The notes beneath the pieces are model-generated. The model was not told the DNA's origin. It made no database searches and saw nothing but the letters and a program-made list of their open reading frames with translations. A stretch of 64,000 nucleotides of DNA, from NCBI GenBank assembly GCA_013115145.1, contig JAAPAO010000012.1, positions 62,001 to 126,000 of the forward strand, read 5' to 3'. Below, piece by piece: positions 24,690 to 34,727 of the stretch. Within the stretch, counting starts at the first letter, position 1, and every line of letters starts with the position of its first letter. Position numbers and translations under genes: made by a program. The stretch comes from Perkinsus chesapeaki ATCC PRA-425 (lineage: Eukaryota; Protista; Perkinsozoa).

Positions 24690-26049
24690 ATTGAAACGTG
24701 AAGTTAGAGACCCTAGCCTACTCAATATCAGACTCTGATAATCAGAGCCATCCAAGGACCTCAGAGGCATAATATCAACCAACCGAGTACGTGAAACGGC
24801 CGCTCATCGAATGTATTATTATTTTTTAGATGCCACAGCACAGCAAGCTGTTAACCAAGGGAATCAGGCCGCTTTTCCAGCACAACCAGTAGTATATCGT
24901 TATCGTTGAATACGTTCATACGTTCAATAGCTTGACTTGAAACTGCGCTCGTATTACTCTCGTCGCTATTGCCTCTTTTTAGGTCAATATCGCACCATTT
25001 GAGATCGAGACGAGACCGACAATCTCGAACTCCCGAGTCTCGATGCCGCTCTCTGTAGAAGCCACTTCAGCAAGCAACGTTAAATTTTCACTAAGAATAG
25101 CTGAGCTGGTTGAGTTTCGGGGCTCGAGAGTCTTGAGTCATGACCTGTACTACAGGTCCTGTAGGTCATGAGCTCGAACCCGGCAGTGAGATCACTCATT
25201 GAGAGGATTTTGTATGCATCCCTGGCACCGTGCCAGTGGCACGCAAACTATATCCGTTTGTGTCACACAAATTGTGTGCCAGGGATAACTGGGATAACTC
25301 TTCTCGTCGGTCTAACTGACGAAAAGCGTTTCGCAGAGCACGCGGAACTTCACTACGGAGGCGTGTACCGGCCAGCTCATAAGATACAGTAGTTATGGTG
25401 CAAAATTTGCACTGCACATTCCCCGGTATTCGTGTCCATGGACTCACTGTCCGTGGCATGGTGAGGAAATTATAATTTCATGGATGTAGTACAAATTTCA
25501 CTCTAAATTTTAGTAAATTACAGTTTTAAACTGTAATTTGAAATACTGTTTGTTATTCTCAATGTCCAAGTAGCTACTTTTGTTAGTTTTGTGTCCGAAT
25601 TATTTTACTAGTTGGTGTCCTTATGCCGCATAAGCACACGCATAAGATATACGCTATTGGACCGCGGCGGTCCTATAGCTCCCTTGAGGGTCAAGCTCTG
25701 CTTTAACTTATTTCTAACTTGAGTTACAACCGTGCGTCTCGGAGTCGCCCGAAGTCGGAATGGGGGGTGAAGCGGAGTCGCTCACTACTAGTCCCATAAC
25801 CGGTTATCAAACCTTACAGCTTTCGATCGACACCAACAAATCTTAAATATCCATAATCATGTAAACTATGACGACTCGTCATTGACGAGCACAGTATTTA
25901 CCATTGACCGACACAAGAGAAGTCGAGGTCAGCCAAGTTTGGTATTGACAGCATTGATGAGTGTTATCGAAACATCGGTCTTGGAGCCTCCTAAGCTACA
26001 GGCTAATGAAACTATAGCTCGGGATTCTCGAGCCGGGAGATTAAGTGAT

Positions 26050-26097
26050 ACTAGGTTACCTAGTCTTAACTTCTACCTAGTCTAGGTAGAAGTTAAG
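26050..26097. repeat. Abutting perfect palindromes (7-1-7 + 16-1-16)
   Basis: actaggt-t-acctagt (26050-26064) immediately followed by cttaacttctacctag-t-ctaggtagaagttaag (26065-26097). Confidence 0.95.
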
Positions 26098-26222
26098 TTT
26101 TCAACCCTGAGTCAAACGAGAACACGGTACCTAAGAATAGGTCTGTTCTTCAGCTGAGAATAAGAATTGAAGTGGGAATAATATTGTATTATAAGCTAGG
26201 GCTGAGGACCATCAAACTATCA

Positions 26223-27939
26223 TCATGCACGGCACTGAGCTCCGGGGTGAGCTCTTGAGAGGTTCGGCCTTGTGGGTGGCATTACGAACATGTTACACGG
26301 GCCTAGAGGAGATGGTCACCAGATAGTACCATAAGAGCGAGTAGGTTTACCATCAGGCCTTTCATCTTGTTTCTTGACAATCCTCATATATCCTCCTTCA
26401 CCCCACTCTTCTCCCCTCGAGTTCTTGAGAATCCAATAGCTACCATTAATAACCAATCACGTGAATTTTATCGCATCTCGCACTCACTCTTTTCCCACAT
26501 TTGTGTCCGTTCCAAACCCGACTAATAACATAGCATGGTCTGGCTTGCCATTGCACTCCTGGCCTGCAAACGGATGTGATAGACATCCGTGACACGGGTA
26601 ACACCGTGTTACCAACACGGATTCCGTGTAACCCCGCGTGGTAGCACGGGAGTACTCCGGGGTTGCCAATACGGCTTGTTTATCAGAATATATCTCCTTA
26701 CTATCAAACACTCCTCCTTTGTACTGTTGGAATTCGTGGGAGTTCGCAGAGATGCCCACAGCCACTGGGCCTAGGCGAAGGTGTGTAGCTACGAGTTGGG
26801 AATCTCGAGGTGGGATTATCCGAATATCGAAGCTTCTCAGGTCTCCAACCTACGAAAAGCTCTGTACGACCAAACAGCATACCTCTTGCCTGTAAACATT
26901 GATCTCCCTTGTTCGAGACGATGGCGTTGTTGCATGTCCCATTTTGTTCGGTGTAGAGGTAGCTGCTTGCTGAGACGATCCCTTTGTCACTCACATATCT
27001 CATTGCGTACACGGGCTTGCCATCAATACAGCCGCTGAGATGCAAATATAACTATATATGTATAAGTTGTACAGAGACTCAATCATTGAGACTCTCAATC
27101 AGAAGCGAAATGGTCTCATATCATCTTGTCACATGGTGGGGCTCACCGGTTTCCAAAATCGCCTGAGCAGTCTACAATTTGCTGCACTGAAAATTCGACA
27201 AGGCTTTTGGTTTTGATCTGGAAAGCTGATTCAAGCGCACCTGACAACTGTTGTCAGACAACATAAGTTCATCCATTCGAGTACCGCCCTCCTCAACATA
27301 CCTACTGCCGCGAACGCATAGCAGCTACCGCAGTCGCCTTGATCCTTGGGTGGAGTTACGGCGCCATTATTTACCCAATTGATTGCTTCGCCTGCAAATG
27401 TGTGACCCCCGGCCCGGCTACTTATTGTCGGAGATTTCTGCGAGAGGCGGGTTGCCGAAGGCTCATTGCCTGAAACAATTATGCGTGGATACAAAGTATT
27501 TATTTCCAGCCGTACCTGGATCACCTAAACAGCTACGTATTTTGGCCATCTCTTGTGACTCAAGGAATGTCACCCTATTTGCTTCCATCTTGAATGAAGC
27601 TAAAACCGACCAGCTTTCCAATTATTGGAATCCAATACGCCGTTTATTCTATGATCGCATACAATTGCCAGCATTGTGCTTTTCAATGAGCTTGTAGTTC
27701 TCGGTGAAGATTTTGAATCGATAATCGTTCTCCTTATAACCGTATCTTAGACCATACCTGATATTAATGCGGCACAAGTATTTATTAGAAAAGCGTGGCA
27801 TCGTGATGAGGTAGCTTCACCAACGCGCCTACTTTTTCTTAAGGCGACCATAAACATCTCCTATTTCCTTCAGAGAGGCTCCAGTTGACAGGGTAATCAG
27901 CAACACCAAATGGAAGAAGATAGCTTGACAGCGTAGCAT
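26223..27939 (-). CDS. Papain-family (C1A, cathepsin L-like) cysteine protease precursor
   Basis: Signal peptide MLRCQAIFFHLVLLITLSTGA; I29 prodomain (YKENDYRFKIFTENYKLIEKHN); KDQGDCGSCYAF (catalytic Gln/Cys); PDHAMLLVGFG (His); YWILKNSRGEEWGEGGYMRI (Asn). Confidence 0.9.
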
Positions 27940-28390
27940 GATTCACTAGAGAACAATGCCAGCACTTATACATTCTATATCACTTAAATGCCAAAACAGG
28001 ATGGCCGGCTCGGCCCCCACGAGAGCTCTAAGGTGTACCGCTAAGAGTTCAGGAAAGATGGTCTTCAACTCGCAGCATCTGGCGCGACATGACATCCATC
28101 AATGATAGACCATCATGTCACGAAATATATTATTTGTCATGTCACGTGTAACTCAAACGGTGTGAACCACAACGCATTACCGCTTTTTCCTCGTAGCACC
28201 AGTACCGGGCGAGTAGGTTCTTATTCTAAACTCGAGCAATGCTCGGCCTTAGAGCCGGATACTTAGATAACTTGCCAGCCTAAGGCGGGTGTAATGGCCC
28301 AAAGCAGAGCTTGTAAGATATGATTTAGAGTTGCTGTTCAGAGTTGCTGCAGTCCGCGGTGCTTGTAGCGGCTACAACGTGAGCTACAAT

Positions 28391-28526
28391 GTAGCTCAGT
28401 ATGAGAAAGTCAAGGATTCTCTCTATGTGCGTAGAAGAGTAAAGGTCGGTAGAACGCGTGCTTCCATCAGGCCGTTGAAAATAATATTCCCGTGGACGGC
28501 CAGCACTACATCGATCACCAATTGAA
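28391..28526 (+). pseudogene. Duplicated 136-bp exon-intron-exon fragment of POLD1
   Basis: Collinear with 19399-19534, including the 44-nt intron. Hand alignment gives 15 differences in 136 nt (~89% identity). Confidence 0.93.
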
Positions 28527-28655
28527 ACGCTTTTCCCTATTGGGAGCAGCAGTCCCTCGGAAGAACTCCGCGCTATGTAGAATGCGGGGTCGTTCCTATT
28601 TAGATAAGCAACTTGTCACAATCCATTCGCCTGAGCTAAGGGCGGGTATGCTGAG

Positions 28656-28681
28656 GCTCAGCTGCTCATGAGCAGCTGAGC
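28656..28681. repeat. 26-bp perfect palindrome
   Basis: gctcagctgctca|tgagcagctgagc. Confidence 0.95.
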
Positions 28682-29901
28682 TGACAGCACTTCGATCTGG
28701 TCAGCGGCGGCCGCTGAGAGAGGGCCGTCACAGAGCGACGCAGTCGATGAAACGGTGAATCGACTCGGGTTTCTCGGTGAAGTCTGCTGCTGCTGATGAA
28801 ACACAACGCGCTCCAGCGATTGTGGTGTTCCCCGCGTCTCCTGCGTCGATTAGTATCTGTAACAAAGATACCACGGCCAGCAAGGACCCGATTAACGAGA
28901 ATTGTAGCGAAATTGTTGTTCTTCTCAGAACCAGCTCGCTGCAGTCTGATTTTCTCGCACTTGAACTTCCGCGGTGTTGCGAGTGGACCACTTCATTCTG
29001 CGGGACGATTTCAATTCAGGCTTCCTACGCAGTCGATCGAGGAGACCTGTCCCACACAGACTAGTGATTAGTTACTAATCTGGCCCTATGGTGTGCAGAT
29101 GTCCGACCACGTCGATCACTTCTTCAATGAAGAATCCTCATCACCTAATTATGAGGGGTAGATGTGATATAGAGCCAAATTGACTCAGCCAATGTAAATT
29201 AAGAGGACGCGGAAATGTTATTGTATAGCATCTCGGCTTAAACCCTCTGCAACTACGTGATTATTAGTTTGAGTAACGATATGTATCCCCCAGCATTGTA
29301 TGGTGGCTTATGGCTACCGATAAGTTATATGTTGTCATAACACGACGCATTTCAGTCGTGAAAGATTTGCCAGCGTTGATGGACCTCCAGCGACGAGTTA
29401 TAAACATACCCTTCTAAGCAATTCGTAAGCTGACAACTGGAGGGTTCGACTTTACGTCATCAGTACTCACGTCGTTATGTTTTCTGTATTTGATGAGCCA
29501 GGCTTGGTTGTTCACGATTAATGACTAGTGCGGTGACGCTAATCCACAGTACGACTAAGCGCACTCAGTGACAAACTAAAAACTGGGGTACCGAATGTTA
29601 ATAGAGAGTATATTCCTGTTGAGGCCCGTGCCGATAAAATGAAAACGTTCGATCATCAACAACATCTTATCAGTCTGACTTCCATCAGTTGAAAGCGCAA
29701 TCGGGGAGCTTGCGACTCTTCCGCTCTCATAGTTCGGGTGATGTCGCAAGGATGGACTTGGAGCCAGTATCTGTGGAGGTGCAAACTCCAGTGGAAGTAT
29801 TCCACTTATGCCATTGGGAACTCGAGCATTCATATGGGACTGCAAGCTTCTCCTATGTGGTTGCAGTGGAGAATTCCCGTAAGAAACCAATAAGCAATTC
29901 A

Positions 29902-31959
29902 CTAGTGGAGAGGTTGCTCTCCGAAATGGCATCGTGAGTTTAATAGTACAGACTTAAGCCTACACTGGTCTTTCCTTCTTATAGACATAGCACTGTTGAC
30001 AAAACGCTTGATCAAATCCATAGCCGCATCAGGCTGATTCATGGGAACCATATGGCCAGCATTTCTACATGCAAAGTAACATGCGAGTGAGGCTATACGT
30101 AGAAGTCTGGTTACCGAACAGAGTAATGACTCAATGGGCCAAAGTGGCATTCGTATCCATAGACAGCTTCCTCTGGACTGGTTGGCTGAGAATATACAAA
30201 CCGTGGGGCATCGATATGAGACGACAGACAAGAAGGCTGAGCTGTGTTTTGCATGACTCTTCTAGCCCGAAAGTGTTATGACTCGGTGTTTGACCAACAA
30301 TAGAGGATAGAACCACGCGCTAAACTTACGTCGGGTCCCCTCCATATATTCCGCTTGCTGGCAAGGAAACCGGCCATGCCATCCCACACCATTTCCGGAA
30401 TCCAGGCGTTTGTCCTGGAATTCAAGCGATGTGACTTATGATGTGAGAAACGCTCACGCTAGCAAGCCGTCCCTCGCATCTTTGTCTCCTTGGTAAAGCA
30501 TGACCGGCACTTTAGCGTTGAGCAGAGGGGGTAAGCAGTGCATCATGGGCTTCATTATGTCTTCAAGCAAATGCTTGTGAACGGCATCATCAGTTCTGAT
30601 AAACGTACCATCTGAAGCCTAGCGCGAAGTAAGAGCTACCCGAAATGTCTGTCCGCAGGGACATGGAAGGTTTCTTTAACCTCAGGGAGATTTAAAAAAT
30701 GCTGTAGCCTCTCGTCGAGAAAACTGTAAGTACCAGTGACTCTGAGGAGGACAGCTAGTAATACAGTATTCCCTAGCAGCGCCAGGGATCACCGAACGTC
30801 GTAGATGTTAACTCCACCGCTCTCTTCCAGCATCATTTTCTCAAGGCTCTCGCGAAGCGTCAAGGCTTCCAACCATCTGAGGAAGCGAATGGCCATTGCA
30901 GATGACTCACAAAAATAACTTTTCTTCTAGGGCAAGCTTCTTCGCCTTCTGTCCCAGTTCACGGGCTTCATCAATCTTATCGGGGCCGATAAGGCCGAAA
31001 TAGTACGCAACATCGGCTTTGGCGGCAACTTGGAAAGCTAAAACAATACAGAGGTCGTTTGTCACCCGATATCGCGATGGGATATCGTTCAGTATTCCAC
31101 ACCGAGGACCATGTGAAATGGACTGACCTGGAAAGGTGAGTCCATTTCCTATGGCAACTCCACTGAGGGGTGTCTTATCGATAGGGTTCTCTATTAGGTA
31201 CTTCCCTAAGGCCGGGATATAGTGGCCTGCGTATGATTCACCAACGATGAACCTATTGGAAGATAATCGGAAGAAAGTGCCAATGGGCGGCTTACAATGG
31301 ATGCTCTTTTAGCTCAGGTTTGACTTCCCTATAGAATGTCGTTAGGAACGTATACAACTGCTCTGTCACATCATGTTCGGTACTATTGGCATAACCTTCC
31401 GGATAGTCAGTGTAACTGTAACCAGTCCCCACTGGGCTATCAACAAACACCATGTGGTAAGAATTAGCCCAGGTTACATTTCTACGAACCTATGTTGATC
31501 AAACGAACGATGCTGTTGGCAAGATCACAGACTTACGAGGGTTGTGTTGTTGATCAAGTTGAGAGGGCCCATCTCAAAGAAATTGCCGAAGAACCCAGGG
31601 GCACCGGGCCCGCCTTGGAGCCACAGAATCAAGGGTGTATTTTTGTCGTCTTTAAGCAAATCATCAAGCGGGGGAAAGTACCTTGTTAAAAAATACGACC
31701 AGTACTTCTACCTACAATGTTAATGATTGGCACTACCAATAGAACATGGAAGAATTGAAATTGGTATCAACTGCTACCATTCCAGCATCACTTTGTATTT
31801 CTGTAACCTTAAAAGGTTGAGGTGGTCGAATAGCGCGTTCACAAGAGGCGCCATTCTTACCCGAGTATCTTTTGATATTTTATTCAGGTCTACCGGTAGG
31901 CTAAAGACGCCAAGAGTATAAAGGATAGCCAGCCACGTAGTGCAGAGCCTTGCTGGCAT
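29902..31959 (-). CDS. Serine carboxypeptidase, family S10, copy 1 (3' end approximate)
   Basis: Signal peptide MPARLCTTWLAILYTLGVFS; PLILWLQGGPG; ESYAGHYIPA (catalytic Ser); GDKDARDG; AGHMVPMNQPDAAMDLIKRF (His). Confidence 0.9.
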
Positions 31960-33371
31960 TGCAAGTCTTCTACACTGACAAAGGCGCTCCCACCATTGTG
32001 GATCATTGTCTGCGGTGCTCAATGTCAGTGCAAGGTGTTTTCTTATGCACGTTCCGATTGTAGAAAAGTAGATGAGGGTTCGCCGTGCTCGTGGGGCAAA
32101 TGTTAACAGAGCCTATGCCTCCTGGTATGCACGTGCTAGGTCGACGGGGCCCTCATCCCCTGCCACTGAATCCAAGTAAGCTTGTCACTGTAGGATGGTC
32201 TATACGGCTAATCGATTTTATAACTCCACCAAACTCAAGTTGAAGATACAACACATATAAGAAGAGAGCGCAGTTACGACGCTAGTAGCGGCCTCCTCTC
32301 TGGCAATCCTCGGGATTAAGCCATGCAACTGTTGCGGTATATTGTAGTGCAACATGTGGAATCCCGCCATGCAAGGTGGTAGACGCAGTGCGTCTGACGC
32401 ACGCATGCGCAGAGACTAAGACGGCGCGGACTCTGCACCTAGGAGGAAGGCTCCCAAGAGCCGCAAGCTATGCACGGTTCCATGGGTTCGGCAAAACTCG
32501 CGACTTATGGGCAGAGGCAACCATTCCATTGGACTTACGTCTGCCTCTTTGAAACGAATTAGTGCTTGAAGCAAATGGAATGGAGCAGCGCACAGAGCAA
32601 CACAAGATCTGTCTTACATGTCGATATGATCAAGTCTGCCCGTATGTCAGCAAGCGAACCGCATACATCCGCAGTTCCTCAGTTGGATGCTTAGTCCAGT
32701 GTTCTATTATGCCACCCTCGCGGACACTGTATTGGCTTACACGGTATGACTGTTACAATCGCGTGATACTTTTGCGAGCTTGCAAAAACTTGTCCCAGGG
32801 ATCCGTGACGCGCAGCACGATTATAATGAGTGACGAATGCAGGTCATATACAGACTCAGCTCAAAATGTGAACCAAACGAATCTGTGAGTCGAAGAGAGC
32901 AACCGACAATGAGTCTCCGCTGATGGGCATTGAATCCTGTCCCGAATTATCTCAAGCGCCGAGAGGCGTCAATGTGGATGGTAAATGTTACAAAAGCCAA
33001 ACGGATGAGCGGCGCTGATTGAGACTTGACGGTTGGGCTTCCGATGGATTCGGTGGGGTCACTACCAAACCAACGAGTAGTAGTAGAAGCAAATTTGCCT
33101 TAGCAACTTCTGCCTGAACTCCTTGCTCAACCAACACAACGAAAACTCACGGAGCGAAAAGTGAACTACAAAATAGATTGTCCTCCCGGATTACAAGCGC
33201 AGACATCTGGAGTAGATATCCGACAGGAGATCAACCTCGTGGCCGACTCGCCACTGGCCACAAAGGCCATAACATGAGAACTGATAGCAGCAGGTAGGCA
33301 ACGGATACTTAGTAGGCTTCGTCTATCTTCAGGGGGAGCCCCGCTGGAGATAATTAGGTAGAGAATGTCTA

Positions 33372-33584
33372 CTAGACACCCAAGACATCAAAGCAAGGGT
33401 CTCTGCGCAAATCTTTACCCTCACAGCAGGAGAAGAATTGATCAGGCAAGCAGCGATTCCCAAGCCCGGTGACTTCACCACAAACTCCGGGTCCGGTCAT
33501 GCCCAGCCAACAGTCATTGAAACAGCAATCGTCTACTGCCCATGAAACAATGAAGAGAATGTTGCAGAGTGCCAGACGTAGTAT
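33372..33584 (-). CDS. Putative small secreted Cys-rich protein whose frame begins at ATA (non-AUG start or pseudogene)
   Basis: Open frame ILRLALCNILFIVSWA-VDDCCFNDCWLGMTGPGVCGEVTGLGNRCLPDQFFSCCEGKDLRRDPCFDVLGV*, directly preceded by an in-frame TAA. Confidence 0.4.
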   Translation of the reverse strand: MLRLALCNILFIVSWAVDDCCFNDCWLGMTGPGVCGEVTGLGNRCLPDQFFSCCEGKDLRRDPCFDVLGV

Positions 33585-34727
33585 TTAGTGCGCGGGAGCT
33601 GATGAGTGAAAGGTCTACAAAAATACGAATGATGCCAGAGAGGCACTCTATAAAGGTGCACTATAACTCGATGCAGTGTGACACAATAAGACAAGGCTTA
33701 ATTGTGAGTACGCTTAGTGCCCTGAGAGTCGATCAGCCCTGCGCGATGAGTCGATCACGCAATCGATAGCTGATTGTAGGTATTTGATACGCAAGTGCAA
33801 GCACTAACGCACAGAGGTCGGCAACAGTAATAGACAAGACCATACAGTAGGAATAGCGCACAGCCTGTGCGGCACAGGTTGCGCGTCGAACAAGTAGGAA
33901 GACGCTTCTCCTCCTCACGAGCAGTGAAGCGGCACTTTCTGAAATGAATCTGTGCGATCTTTTGAGACGTGACGCCCCTGTTGCCACGTATCGCGGGATA
34001 CGCGTACGTGTTCGGTGTTCCCTCTCGGCTCTATCCTTTCGAAAGCGGGGAGGAGTGGACTCAAGTCCTCCTTTAGCAGGCCTCCGTCGCCAAACCTCCG
34101 GAAAGGATCCCATGAGAACCAGAAGCACGCATGACAAATATGAGGTTTGGTCGGTGTTTTAAGTAGCATGCTTATTCGAAGCCTCTTTGACAGGTATCAG
34201 ATAATACAAGTAAACTACGCATCTCTTCGAGTACTTTGTAGATCTTGCCTTCCTCAACTGATGTTTTCTACCGATGTAACACTGCCAATCCTTGAAAATG
34301 GCTTAGCGAAAAAACAGTTTCCCATATAACAGCGACTGGCGAATTTCGTACCACCAGGGTGTGAGTGTAACATCAGTCCACCTCCGGCAGCAAGATTTAC
34401 TGGGAGCTGTTCGCACTATTAACTACTATGGCAGCCTTTGGAGGACGGAATCAGTTTCGTGAGTCTTACTGAACTCCACCGAACTTTCCGAGCACTTTGA
34501 AATGAATGACTAAAACACCACAAAGATAAGAAGAAACTAACGTGTGGTGAGGGCACGAGTCCATAAAATAAAAATTGTTTTATAGCCATAACATTTAATA
34601 TAACGAAACCTCGGCCAGTCGAAGCCCACCACTTGGTCGGAGAGTATCACTCAATCTCTGGTGACGCAGCGAGAAAAGACTTAGATTTAGTATCTGAAGG
34701 AAACGGTGTCCACCATAGAGAGTTAGG

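Noticed and set aside
25766-25791. Second Helitron-like end (gtgaagcg..cgctcac then CTAG|T)
   Set aside because: The stem is short and bulged and only 2 nt from the CTAG; too weak alone.
29066-29080. Isolated 7-1-7 palindrome gattagt-t-actaatc
   Set aside because: About 4 single 7-bp-arm palindromes are expected by chance per window, so it is not counted as evidence on its own.
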